Positions 38,486 to 51,100 of a DNA stretch of 64,000 bases are shown one piece after another. The notes beneath the pieces were generated by a model. That model worked only from the letters and a program-made list of their open reading frames with translations, had not been told where the DNA came from and ran no database searches. The stretch is from Selaginella moellendorffii (taxonomy: Eukaryota; Plantae; Lycopodiophyta). A program made the position numbers and the translations under genes. Each line of letters begins with the position of its first letter. Positions within the stretch are counted from its first letter, which is position 1. Location of the stretch: positions 839,795 through 903,794 of the forward strand of contig NW_003314338.1 of assembly GCF_000143415.4 (NCBI RefSeq), in the 5' to 3' direction.

Positions 38486-40763
38486 TCAGTATGTTTTTCT
38501 TCCATCCCCCTCCGTGATGATATCTTTGAACGAAGAACCGCCAGGAATCATCGGCAGGACGTGCTCCTGAGAGAAAAAAAATTTGGAAACTCTTTGAGCT
38601 ATGGTCAATCGATCAACTGATAAGCACAAACCTGATGAGGAACAATCACGTCTAAAAGGTATGGCCCGGGAGTGTCAAGCATTTTCTGGATTGCTGCTTT
38701 GAGATTGGAGCGCTTTGTTACTCTAGCACAGGGAATCTAGCAAAGAGAAAGCTTTTAGAAAACGTACGGGAACAATTCAGCAAACCTTGCATCCCTCGGC
38801 GAACTTCAGGAAGTCGGGAAAGATCTCGTCCTCGTGGTCAGGATCTCCAAGATAAGTGTGAGCCCTGTTTGCCTGGAGAAAGCACAGAGGTTAGAAAACG
38901 CTACTTAGTCTATCCGAAAGATTAAACCTTGTAGAATCTATCCTCCCACTGTACAACCATTCCCAAGTGCTGGTTGTTTAACACCATGATTTTCACGGGG
39001 AGTTTTTCCACGTGAATCGTCGCTAGCTCCTGAAATTACGAGCGGAGTACGTGAAATGAAAACGTTAAAGCTCGCACCGACCTGGACATTCATGAGAAAA
39101 CTTCCATCTCCATCGATGTCAATCACAGGAACGTCAGGGAAAGTCGCTGCAGCTCCAATCGCAGAAGGTAATCCAAAACCCATGGCTCCCAATCCTGTCG
39201 AGAAAAGTTGTGACACTCCGAAAAAAACAAGAGAAACAAACCTCCTGAAGTAAGCCATCTCCGAGGCTTGTCATACTTGAACCATTGCGCCGCCCACATT
39301 TGATGCTGGCCAACCCCCGTAGAGATGATAGCATTTCCTTGAGTGATCTCGCACAGAGTTTGTATAGCGTGCTGAGGAGCAATGCAGTCGTCTCCAAACT
39401 CCACGTACTTCAATGGCCACTTGAGTTTCTGCTCCTCAAGCTCCGCTATCCAGCTTCCAACATCGGGTTTTACTTTCTGCTCCCTCAGCAGCAAGTTCAA
39501 GCTTTGAAGCGCTGGCTTTACGTCGGCACACAGCGAGACGTGAGGCTGCTTGTTCTTCCCAATCTCGGCCGGATCAATGTCAATATGAACAATGCTGGCC
39601 CTGCTAGCGAATGCTTCCAGCTTGCCTGTTACTCGGTCGTCAAACCTCACCCCGAAAGCCAGAAGTAAGTCCGCTCCATCCACAGCGTAGTTTGCATAAA
39701 CAGTCCCGTGCATTCCCAGCATATGCAGCGACCGCGAATCCGACTGTGGAAAAATCCCCAGTCCCATCAGCGTCATCGTGATCGGGATCCCCGTGAGCTT
39801 CACAAACTCTCGGACTTCTTCGCTCGAGTTCATGCAACCTCCACCACAGTACACCACCGGCCTCTTCGAGTTTGCAATCAGTCTCACGATCTGCTGGAGC
39901 TGCGCCACCTCCGGGAACCGAGGCAGCCTCTGCATGTAAGCGTTGAGCTTGATCGGCTGCGACCAATTCGGTATCGCAAACTGCTGCTGGACGTCCTTTG
40001 GAATGTCGACGAGAACCGGCCCCGGCCTTCCGGAGGAAGCCAAGAAAAAAGCCTCCTCGATCACCCGGGGTATGTCCTCCACGTTCATCACCAAATAGTT
40101 GTGCTTCGTGATGGATCGAGTGACTTCCACGATCGGAGTCTCCTGGAAAGCGTCGGTGCCGATCATCCTTCTCGGCACTTGTCCCGTGATCGCCACCATT
40201 GGAACACTGTCAAGCGCAGCGTCGGCCAGGCCGGTGACAAGATTGGTCGCTCCAGGCCCCGACGTTGCTATGCAAACTCCAACTTTCCCGGAAGCTTTTG
40301 CATAGCCCTCGGCAGCAAACACTTCGCCTTGCTCGTGGCGGCAGAGAACGTTCCTGATGCACGTAGAGCGAGTGAGAGCTTGATGGATTTCCATGGAAGC
40401 GCCGCCTGGATACGCGAAGACTATGTCCACGCCCTGCCTTTCCAGAGCCTCTACCAAGATGTCGGCCCCCTTTCTTGGCTCAGAATCGCCATAGCGCGAC
40501 TGGAACAAGCTCGCTGGCGGCGATGCTTCGCTTTGCTTCCGAAATATCGTGCTTGAGCCTTGCGATTCCTTGACAATCACTCTCGGCTCCTCAAACGGCT
40601 CTATCCCAGCCCGGATTCTACCCCTGCTGCTGGAAATGCCTCTCCGAATTGGAGAAATGAGCTCCGCCAACGAAAGATTCTCCTCCGATCTTGAATTCAA
40701 GCCCGTGCTTCTGCGACATACCTGCATTGCAATCGCGCCTCCCGCAATGCCGGTGGCCGCCAT
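38486..40763 (-). CDS. ALS: Acetolactate synthase (AHAS) catalytic subunit, plastid-targeted; long first exon and short 3' exons
   Basis: [15 protein letters not shown]; RHEQG; TSGPGATN; [15 protein letters not shown]; RFDDRVTG; GLGAMGFG; DGDGSFLMN; [22 protein letters not shown]. Confidence 0.97.
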
Positions 40764-40927
40764 CGCTGTGCTCTAAAACCCTATCCTCTCTCTGTTTTTA
40801 GGGTTCTTAGTTTGGTCTAACTAAGCATGAAAATCTCCATTCACTGTCCACCACGTGGACAGAACAAAAGCTCTCCCTTCCGAGCTACACGTTAGCTTTA
40901 GGGCTCCTCACGGAATGCGCGAAGATC

Positions 40928-42713
40928 ATGGACGCGATTTCGATGCCGCATTCCTCGATCCGAGTTCCGCAATCTCTCCAGGTACTTCACAATCGCAGCG
41001 TGAATCGATCGAGAATGTTACTGATCGATTTCAAAATCGCGCTCTTTGTGTTCTTTCGCGATCGTAGATACTACAAAGGCGCCAGGGATACGATAAAATC
41101 TTGCCAGGCTCGCTCTGGAGCAGAGATCGAGCATCGAATCCACTTGTTGGAGCAAATGCCAGTCGATTGGGAGCTCCAAGATCATCTCCATTGCTCTCAT
41201 TTATTCCAAAAAGAGGAGCGCCCGTGAGGTGCAGTGATACATCACCGACCACTTTTCACAGAGTAAGCGTTGGATCGATTTGATTGTGTCAAAGTTTCCT
41301 TCTTTCCTTTCTCACTCTTTTTGCGCAGCCAAACGATGAGAAGCTCGAGAACGAGACTTACAAATACTGGAACGCTACCACTGAGCAGCTGGCTGGATCG
41401 GCTACTCTCGCGTTTTTATTACTACAACTTCCACAGACCATTCTCAATGCTCAAAACCTCATGGCCGGGAATAATAGTGCATTGTTTGCAGTCTCCTGGA
41501 TGGTAAGATTTTCCTTTTGATCTTTTTCGAGTAACATTGTGTCGGATGGTGTTTGCTGTTTTGTAGAGCTTACTGACGAGTCTCATGGGGAATCTATCGC
41601 TGCTTTCTTACTTCGTGATGAAGAAAGAGAATGGAGCCATGATCGTTCAAGCGGTCGGTGTTCTTTCAACTTACGTGGTTTTGGCCCAACTTGCGATAGC
41701 AGGTTCTATGCCATCAACAGTTTTTCTCGCGACGTCCATAGCTGTGATAGTCGGCTATGTTATCAATTTTCTTAACTACAAAGGGTATCTGAGAAGCGAG
41801 CTTTGGAAACTTTGGCAAGATATCATCAGCGTTGGAGGGGTTTCGGTCCTCTCACAAGTGAGTTTGAAGATGCTACCATTTTTTCGTCTTAGCTTTTCCT
41901 TGATTCAGGTAATGTGGTCAACATTTGAGCCATTTCTTCCGTCGACGATACTGCCGGGAGTCTTTGCTTTTGTTACCACCTTAACACTGATCATACAGGT
42001 GACAAAAAACTTTCAAAACTTTGAGACGTGATAAGAGCTGGTTGAACTTGCAGGATCGTAAAGGAAAACTATCAGAGCCTTTGCACAAATTCGTTGGCGG
42101 CCTTGCTGCTTGGTCCGCTACTCTACTTTTTATGTGGAGTCCCGTCGCTCAAATGGTAAAGACATCACAGCCTCGTCGCTAGCTACTTAATCCACGACTA
42201 ATTTTGCAGTGGACAAACATCACAAATCCTGCGAATCTACGAGGCCTTTCTGTGATCACCGTGCTTCTAGCTATGATCGGGAACAGCCTGCTACTTCCGC
42301 GCGCGCTCTTCACTCGAGACTCCATGTGGTACGCCTCGGCTGCCTCCAAATCCAAGTATCATCAAACTTTACTGTCGCTTCTTTCCAAAGGTTTACAGGG
42401 TCGTCGTGGGGAGCTTTGGTTCAAGGATGGGGCCTGTTGCTCAGCATGTATGTGTAAGTTTCTCCGTGCTTGGATTTCTTTTTCCAAGCTAAAGTTTCGA
42501 TTCTCCAGATACGAGTGCGTAAGTGGGTCTGTATTCTTCGGCATTACTGCTGGATTGGCATTTTGGATAGGTACTGTGCTTCCAAGTTCACTCCAAATAT
42601 TTTTTCTCATGAACGATCACACAGGAAACATGCTCGTCATGGACTCCAAGGCAAATTCTTTGAGCTCTCCTTTCACGCCACTCGCGGAGCTAGTAAGCTC
42701 AACCCGGGAGTAA
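40928..42713 (+). CDS. MEX1: Chloroplast maltose transporter MEX1-like
   Basis: WNATTEQLAGSATLAFLLLQLPQTILNAQNLMAGN; GNLSLLSYF..KE; ATLLFMWSPVAQM; MIGNSLLLPRALFTRDSMW; start codon less certain. Confidence 0.9.
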
Positions 42714-42760
42714 GAAATGCTGTTAATCTTCTCTAACGCCTGTTAACAAAATAAAGGCAT

Positions 42761-42852
42761 CCCGTTATAATTCGTAACGGGGTTTTGGGCGGGAACTCAT
42801 CTCAGCCGTCCGTTGGCGATCCGCGTCTGGGCGGGAAATGGAAGTATAAAGT
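42761..42852 (+). promoter_or_regulatory. HMGB promoter with E2F-like sites, AACGG (MSA-like) cores and TATA box
   Basis: gcgggaaa (TTTCCCGC reverse) at 42831-42838, gcgggaac near 42789, ccgtta/taacgg/ccgttg at 42762-42815, tataaag near 42845. Confidence 0.5.
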
Positions 42853-43005
42853 TTGTGTGTTTTCCTCGACCTAGGGAAGGCTTTCGTTTCGTCCCTCTTT
42901 TATTTTCGAGAGAGAAGTTCTAGGCGCTCATCAGGTACTCTCCTCCATTCTCTTCGATCGTCTGGCTCGTCTCTCTCACATCGATCGACTCGCAGGGTTC
43001 TAGCG

Positions 43006-43760
43006 ATGAAGGGAATCAACAGCGTCGTGTCAGCGCCAGCGATTGTCCCAGCGACGAAGTAATATTTCGGATCTTTCTCTTCTTCGCTCTCGCCTGATCG
43101 ATCTGGATCTCTCTTCTGGCAGGGACAGCAAGCGAAAGCCAGCCGCGGCGTCCAAAGAGAAGAAGCCGAAGAAGGCCAAGGGGGTCGCCGCCAAGAAAGA
43201 TCCAAATCTCCCAAAGAGGCCGCCGACGCCTTTCTTTCTCTTCATGTAAGGGCTGGTCGATCGATATCGCGATGGTTTCTCACGATCCGGCTCGTTTTCC
43301 AGGTCGGAGTTCAGGCAAGAATACAAGAAAGCGAACCCCGACGTCAAGGGTGTCGGTGCCGTAAGTTCTCTATTCTTCGACATGCTTTCTTTCTAGCTAG
43401 GAATTTACTATCGATTGGCAGGTCGCCAAGGCTGGCGGAGAGAAATGGAAGAGCATGACGGACAATGTAAGTCTTTCTTTAACATCGTCGTAGGTTTTTA
43501 CTTGTTCATTGTTTTCCACGGTCTCCAGGACAAGAAAGCCTACACGAACAAGGCCGCGTTGCTGAAAGCCGCGTACGCGAAGGATCTCGCAGAGTACGAG
43601 GAGACCCAGACTGCCGAAGGATCTGGAGAGACGAAATCGGAGATGACAGAGGATGCCGATCAGAGCACGCTGGTAAGAAGTCTTTACGAAATTCTAGGAT
43701 CTTCCATTGTTTTATTGCATCGTTCTCGTTTTCACGATTCCTTTCCAGGACGACATGTAA
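43006..43760 (+). CDS. High mobility group B (HMG-box) protein
   Basis: KKDPNLPKRPPTPFFLFM/SEFRQEYKKANPDVKGVGA/VAKAGGEKWKSMT/DKKAY..; basic N-terminus, acidic tail. Confidence 0.93.
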
Positions 43761-44164
43761 ACAGAATGAGCTAGTAGACTACCTGTACACTGTGCATAGC
43801 TAGCTAGTAGCTCGCAACGATGTCGCAGTTTGTGTAAACATTTCTCGTTTACTTGCTCAATTTCACGAGTAAGAAAATTTTCCTTACCACTTACCGTCAG
43901 CGCTGTCCAAAGAGGAGAAGCTTTCGAGAAGGAATCTAGTCGTCTTTGGAGTTGAACTGTCTGTACATCGTGGCTTCTAACGTCAGCACAGCAAAGCGTG
44001 CCTGCAACTTATAACTGGTTAGCAAACTTTTCACGTTAAGTTTTATGCTTGTTTGCTGTTGTCCCAAGCTTACGCCCATCTTCCGTGCTTACAGGTCGAG
44101 TCGGAGCTTATGAACAGTTCTGAAACGTTCTGCCTATCGCAAGTACACTGATGCTGCGATTCCT

Positions 44165-45616
44165 TTAGTAATCAGAAGGATTCGGTTCAATCCCCGGTAA
44201 CAAGATTCCCTTGACTTTGGCTAGTCTACACGCATCGCTGGTAACCTTCTCCTTCTCCACCCATAGTTTGTTCAAGCTCGGGCAACCGGCTAACACCATT
44301 GCTACGCCCGCAGGACTAATCCCGTCACAGCTTGTGATCACCAGGTTCGAGAGTGCCCGGCATTTCTGTCCTATAAACTCGAGGGTGGCATCCGTCACCT
44401 TCCGGCACCTACGCAGTCTCAAGTGGATCAACCTGTCCCCGCTCGAGTGCAGCAGTCCCGTGATCTCTCTATCCGCCAGGTGGTCATTCTCGGAAACGTC
44501 CAACCGCCGGAGACTCTTGAGATCCTGCCCGAGGTAAGCCAAAGTTCCCGTGTCCTGGACGATGGCCCGGCACCGTATTAACACCAGCTCTTCCAGGCTC
44601 GACTTCATCTGCGTGCCGAGGAGCTTGAAGCCGTTCCCGGTTCCCATCCAGCAGCTATACAGGCGCAGTATCTTCAGCGACAGGCAGTTCTGCGCAATGA
44701 TCGCGAGGTCCTCGTTAAACAAATCCAGCGGCAGCCGCAACTCCAGAGTCTCGAGCGACTGGCAGCTGCGAACGATGCGGTGCAAGCCGTTCATGTCCCC
44801 GCCATCCATGAAGATGAGAACCTTGAGCCCGTGGCAGACCTCGGCAACCATGAGCAGCACCTGGGTGGCGATACACCGGCAGCGTCTCAGCCGAAGCTCC
44901 TGGAGATTGGGCAGGCACCAGGCCAGCGACGCGATGTCCGAGTCTCCAATCCCCTGGCAGCCGAAGAACTCGAGGCGGCGGAGCTTGTGGCAGCTCCGCC
45001 ATAGCCACCCGAGCCCACTGTTCCTGGCGCCGATGCCCTCGACGCAGAGCTTGTCCAGCGGGAGATCGCCGTCGGGGACGCCAGCCAGGTCGGAGCTGTC
45101 GCCGCTGAGGCAGCCGGTGAGCGAGAGCTCGGACAGGGACCGGAACTCGTTGAGCACGGGCAAGTGCTGAGTCGCCAGCGCGACGAGCTCCAGGGAGACG
45201 AGGCAATTGCATGCTCGGGCCAGGGGCTCCAGGCCGGAGCTGGTGACGGGGCCGGCGAGGAAGCGGAGCTCGCGCAGCAGTGGACAGGAGGACGCCATCG
45301 CCGAGAGGATGAGGTCCAGCGCCTGGGAGTCATGCTGGTCGCCCTCGGAGACGACGGCGAGGGAGACGAGGTGGGAGTACCTGTGGAAGAGGGCGTGGAT
45401 GGAGGAGCACAAGGAGAGGATGGTGGAGGGGTCGGGGACGCAGAGGCCGAGCTTGGTTTTGATCCGGCCCTCGAGGGAGAGCCATCTCTTGCAGACGAGG
45501 GTGGCGGATTTGCGGTCTTGGGTGGAGTGGAGGCGGGAGAGGATCTCGGACAGGAGCTCGTCGCAGAGGAGGGTGTTGATGAGGTCGCCGGGCTCGTCGC
45601 GGGTAAAGTGGCCCAT
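44165..45616 (-). CDS. F-box/LRR-repeat protein, intronless, 483 aa
   Basis: LCDELLSEILSRL..LVCKRWLSLE F-box followed by Cys-containing LRRs. Confidence 0.92.
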   Translation of the reverse strand: MGHFTRDEPGDLINTLLCDELLSEILSRLHSTQDRKSATLVCKRWLSLEGRIKTKLGLCVPDPSTILSLCSSIHALFHRYSHLVSLAVVSEGDQHDSQALDLILSAMASSCPLLRELRFLAGPVTSSGLEPLARACNCLVSLELVALATQHLPVLNEFRSLSELSLTGCLSGDSSDLAGVPDGDLPLDKLCVEGIGARNSGLGWLWRSCHKLRRLEFFGCQGIGDSDIASLAWCLPNLQELRLRRCRCIATQVLLMVAEVCHGLKVLIFMDGGDMNGLHRIVRSCQSLETLELRLPLDLFNEDLAIIAQNCLSLKILRLYSCWMGTGNGFKLLGTQMKSSLEELVLIRCRAIVQDTGTLAYLGQDLKSLRRLDVSENDHLADREITGLLHSSGDRLIHLRLRRCRKVTDATLEFIGQKCRALSNLVITSCDGISPAGVAMVLAGCPSLNKLWVEKEKVTSDACRLAKVKGILLPGIEPNPSDY

Positions 45617-45943
45617 AAAGAGAGAGAGAGAGGTATCGTCCTATCTATCTATCCATCCATCCATTTTCTCTTTCTCTCTTCTCTCTATCTAATCTAACCG
45701 TGTTTGTGTGATGTTCTTCTACCTATTGCGCTTGGCGAGGAAGGGAAGGAAGAAGACGAGAGGCCCCAAAATGCGAGCGGAAGAATGGGGAATTTTTACG
45801 TGCCTGACACGTGTCGGGATCGTGGATCCGACGGACAGACGCGTCTTTTGATGTTGCCGGGATCGATCTCTCGCTTTGCCGCCAGGAATTGATAGAATAT
45901 GCTTTCCCAAATTTTTTGCGCATATTCCAAGCACAAAAGGGTT

Positions 45944-45986
45944 TGGCCCATGCAGGTTCGAACCTATTACCTTGGAGTTATTAGCA
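45944..45986 (-). pseudogene. 3' half of tRNA-Ile(AAT), truncated relic
   Basis: Reverse complement tgctaataactccaaggtaataggttcgaacctgcatgggcca: anticodon loop ctAATaa, GTTCGA T-loop, tgggcca acceptor; 5' half absent. Confidence 0.7.
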
Positions 45987-46077
45987 TTAATTTAGAAATT
46001 TCAAGGAAAAATTATTTGTATAATAAGAAACAAAATTAGAACTGTTTATGGTAATTATTTTCATGAGCTTATGAGCT

Positions 46078-47994
46078 TTACAAACCATGGATGACACTTG
46101 GCTTCCAATCCTCAGCTAGAAGGCTTGATATGTCCTCGGAGCTGGTGTACCGGCCGATGGCTCCTTGGTCGAGCAACTCAAGCAGTGCGGGAGACTTGAT
46201 GCATCGGGGGGTCTTGTACTGGCTGGCTGAAGCTCCGCTCTCGATCGCTTTCTCCATGAGTTTCTCAAACGTCCCTTGCTTCACAGTCACCAGTTCCAGC
46301 GCTCCCAGAGTCTTGTCCACCCTTCCAACCAGGTAAGCGGCATTGAACCCTCTATCCAGGGCATTGCACGAATCCCTCAGCTCCTCATGCCTGGAGTTAT
46401 CCCCATCGTTCTTGAGCTCCCAGTAGATCACGTAGTGTGGACGTTCCTTGGTAGCGAAATCAGCGCAGCTGGTGAAGTTTGCGATCTCCAGGGGACCGGC
46501 ACTGCCCATGACAACCTTTTGGAGTTCTTGTTCGTCAACCTTCTCCGCATTGATGCTCAGCACGGCGTTCTTGCGATAGGAGAAAGCGACGATGGGCGAC
46601 TCGTGGTGGAATCCGGTCACTTTGACAACATCTCCAATCCTGTAGCGATACAATCCTGGAAGAGATAAAAGAAAAGAAAAGATCTTTGCATGAACAAAGA
46701 AAGGCTGACCTTCAAACGTAGTCACCACAAGTTCATATTGCTTTCCCACTTGAAGGTCCTTAAAACCAAGAGTCTCTCCTTGCTGATGATCAGGAACTTC
46801 TTCCGGATCGACCGGAATGAACTCGAAGAACATAGTGTAGGGGATGAGCGTGAAAACAACTTCCTCCGGGGGAGTGGCAGGCCGCATATTGATTCCAAGG
46901 TAACCCTCCGACGCAGAGTAGTCAAATCCCACAATCGCCAACTTATCTCCAGCGTACTTCTTGAGCACAGGAATGTAAGGTTCCATGGCACCAGTTACAA
47001 CCGTGTGCACGTATTTGGCTCTCGGCCAAAGCAGCGGAAGCAAACCAGACCATCTCGATTCTTTGCTTGTGACGAAGATCTCCGAGATCTCCCTTGCAAC
47101 TTGCGACGAATCCTTACCTCTGAGCTCGCGCTCCATGAGCTTCAAGACCGGCACCCTGAGCTTTTCATCCGTGACCTTGCTCTCGCTCACACGCCGAGCG
47201 GATATGTCCTCGCATAGAATCTTCCAGTCGCTCTCGAGAAGCCTGAACGCCTCACTGAGCGTGTAGGCAAAGGTTGCGTGTATGAACTCAATCTTGTGGC
47301 GCTGGACGAGGCCGCAGAGTAAGTGGCAGTAAGTCGTTTGCTGCCAATCCGATCCGGCAAGCAGCGCCTCGTACGGAGTGGCGAGAGTTTCCGCCTCTTG
47401 GTTGTACGCTTCGCTCTTGTAGTAGTTTGTTGATCCGGCTCCTAGTAACAGGCCAGACTTGGCCTTATACTGTTCTCCGGAATACACAAAGTGCAGTCCA
47501 ATGGGTTTGGTGCTCTCCAGCGGGAAGACTCTGGCAAAGATCCGGTCAAGCTTATATGCACCAACATAGATTCTTACTCGTCTCTATAAGCATTCGAGGA
47601 TGCGTAAGCTCTGGCTAGCAAAGAGTATCCACAGTTTGTCTGCGGTAAGATCTTATGCTTGCCAGACGACGTCCCTGAGCTGGATTCATGGCGCGCATTC
47701 GAAACATTAACTAAAGATAGGAAGAGAATATAAAAGATCGTACCTAAATGAAAAGTATAGAATCGGATCGCAGCCCAAGAGGAGGTGAGAAGTTCCATGA
47801 TCAGCTATCTGTTGGAGTTCTGGAGAAATGTTGTCGTAGGAGATGATTGGAAGCTGAGTCTTGAAGGATTTCAAACACAGAGGCTGCCCGAACCTTTGTA
47901 GATAGTGGCAGCTGCCATTTCTCTGCAAAATTTGGACGAGTGCCTCCTCCTGGGCTTGCACCGCATTCTTGCACACAGCCTCAAAGTCCTCCAT
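46078..47994 (-). CDS. GH3: GH3 acyl-acid amido synthetase, copy 1 (apparently intact, 4 exons)
   Basis: SSGTSSGKHK, YSASEG, GLYRYRIGD, HYVIYWEL, QYKTPRC motifs. Confidence 0.94.
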
Positions 47995-48119
47995 GAGAAT
48001 AACGTGGCTTCATCCTCCCTGTTCTTTATAGTGCCAATGCGTTAGTTTGGGTCATAAAAAAGCTTGCACAGGGGCACATGTTTTGACTTTAAGGCTGTTC
48101 TCTTTTATTTACAACACAC

Positions 48120-51100
48120 GCCTCCCGTTAAACACCATCCTGATTCACTCTCTCTCCGCTTACCTGGCGATGACGTGGCATCAGCCCTCCTTTTTGTTTT
48201 ATCTCCAGCGCACTCCCTCTCCCGTCCGTCGCCGCTGCACACTCCCGCCCGCGGCTATCGCCCGCCCGCTCGCCCTCACGGCTCCCGCCCGCACTCCCAC
48301 CCGCCCCCGCACGTCCGCCCGCGCCCAGCGTGCGCCCTAAAATTACTTCCACGTGGCCACAGCCCCAACACTTACCCAAATTTCAATCAGCGCGCGCGTG
48401 GACGCCTTTCTACGTGCTTTACGTGGCCAATGAGTGTCATGGATGACCATTAGGAGTGGTAAACTTATGAAATCTTCTCGCTAATTTAAATATATTGCAA
48501 TGTAAGTATATAAAGAGTTTGTTTTTTTTATTTATTCTTTGCTAAGATTGAGTTTTTCGTTTAAAGAGCTTTTCTTTCTTGTCTTCCTCTACCTAGTAAA
48601 AGGAGTTGCTTTTGGACTACTAGAAGCTTTTCTTTTACCTGTAATTCTTTCCACCAAAGGTTTTGCTCGCTTCAAGGATGTACCATAACTATCAACACGT
48701 TGTTGAAATTCTGCTGTAGGATGAATAAGATTGTCTGGCCTGGCTTTAAAAGTTGCAACCTTCTGCTATATCATTTTTAAATTATTGTCAACCATAGATA
48801 AAAAAGCTTTTTTATCAGGAAGATCTTGTAAGATATCCATCATCTTTTGTTGTAATGTTGTTTTTGTAACTTTTGATGGAGTGATATCTTCCTGCTTAAA
48901 GTTCATATCAATATTTAAAATTTATTTAGTGTAAATTACCTCTATAGTAGTCCTTAGCTGAATTTCTTGTTGATGCTGTATATTTTGATGGATATCTTCC
49001 TGCTCAATATTCATATATATTAGTATATAAAATATGTTAGTTTACCTCTAATGTAGTCTCCAATTGAATTTCTTGCTCATGATAAACATCTTGATGGATG
49101 TTTTCCTGCTTAAATTTTTATAAGTATTTCAAAATTTTAATTAATAAGCGAATTACCTTTGTCATAGCTTCCAAGTCAAGTGCTTCAAAATCTTGATGAC
49201 GATAAAATAAATCATCTGGCCCAGGTTCTAAGATTGCATGCGATTGTGATGGTTGAACCTCATAACTAGTTGTAATTCAATTGGTTTTTTCTCCTTGTTT
49301 TAACATAATAACTTTTGCTTGATGCTTGCAAAAGTTTCTTTTGGTTGCCCATGGACAATTACACCAAGTCGGAAAAGCTCAATCACTGTGTCTTTCACCT
49401 CCGACAACAAGATACCATATAGTTGGATCTGAAGAGGATTGTACATAGGATTTGTGAGTATTGTCCTTATCGAATTTTACTTGAGAGTCGTTAATATTTC
49501 TTGCTTTAACAATCGCACCATCGATTAGTTTTTCATATGCATGGTTTCGGATAAAACCATGATCTTTGCAATAAGTAGTAAACCAGTACCTCGCATGAAC
49601 CTTAGTAGTAAGTTGATGAATTGCCCAATCCATCCTTCGATTGCGACCATGTTTTTTTTCGGACGAGAATATAGCTTTCATATTTGCATGGAATGCCTCA
49701 ATCGAACTATTTGTCTCCTTGTTAGCATGAGGGAAATTTTGAGTAGCAACAACCCACATATCTATCAAATATAAATTAAAATAAATTATAAAAATTAAAT
49801 TATTGATTCACTTACCAACTTTGTCTTTCCATTCGTCTTAAAAATACTTGATAAAGGCTACTTCATTTTGAAAATCCACCTCAAAATGTTCAATAAGTTG
49901 TTTAATCTCAGCTTGCATAATATTATCATCATGAAAAGCTGCATGAATTGAATCTTCTGCAGATTTGTTATCTTCCAAATACGTACACTCTGTGCGTCAT
50001 TCTAATGTAATCGATAAGTGAAAGGAATCTTATGTTTGAGCCAATTCCTCCTTACATGCCAAATACATAATAGAATTTGACAATCAAATGTAGCTCTATA
50101 TAGAAGAAAACAATTAAATTATTTCATATCAAATTAATTATCTTATAGCATTAATCTCTGCTTCAGCATCATCAATCATTATCGCCCGTGGTTTCCAGTT
50201 TGGCATATGTTCTAAAACTCGTTTTTTAAGAGCTATCATCCAATTCTTCATATGTTCTCCTTTCTCACTAGAAGTTAAAACCCATGCAATTGGAATACCA
50301 TTTCCATGATAATCAAAAGAAAGTATGGTGTATAATGGGAACTGTAAATTATTAAGTATTAATCACTTAAAACTGAATGAAAATATTACCTTATAGCGAT
50401 TAGTTCCAAAAGTTGCGTCAAGACTCAATAAATTATTATTTGAAAAGTCCAAAATCCACCTCAAAATGTCCAATAAGTTGTTTAATTTAAGTTTGCATAA
50501 TATTATCTTCATGAAAAGCTGAATGAATGAAACTTTCTCGGGATTTGTGTTCTTCCAAATACGTACACTCTGTGCGTCATTCTCATGTAATCGATAAGTT
50601 GAAAGTGAATACTTCCTATGCAAATTGTTGATATCCTGCATAGTTAGAAAATCATCTCGATGAGGAGGTTCACCAGCTGACTTGTTCCTTTCCACAATCT
50701 GTATATGCTCATTATAAATCTGATTTGATGTGAAATCCTGCTGAATCATATGAATCACCCAATGTCGAATATCTGCTGAAAGCTTCTGAGGAAATGATGA
50801 CTTTCCCCCAGTCGGATCAAGTTGACCATGACAAGGAATCCCATTCTTATCACAATGTTCTCTATGATAATATGTAATCTGCACATAATCAGGCCATTTG
50901 TAAAACTATTTGACCAAAAAATTGCAAAAGCAACCCCGCTTATTAGAACTTCGACCTAGTCTACTTCCAAATTCTGACTTTGGTGTAGATTCAGCAACTA
51001 TAATAGAGGATGTTTCACGAGCATCTTGTTTTCCATATTCACACCAATACCTGTATCATGAAGTTAGTAATTATATTTTGTTAAAAAGATATACCTGATT

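Noticed and set aside
39708-40556. 282-aa plus-strand ORF
   Set aside because: Antisense shadow of the GC-rich ALS exon
44211-45697. Multiple long overlapping ORFs
   Set aside because: Shadow frames of the GC-rich F-box/LRR gene
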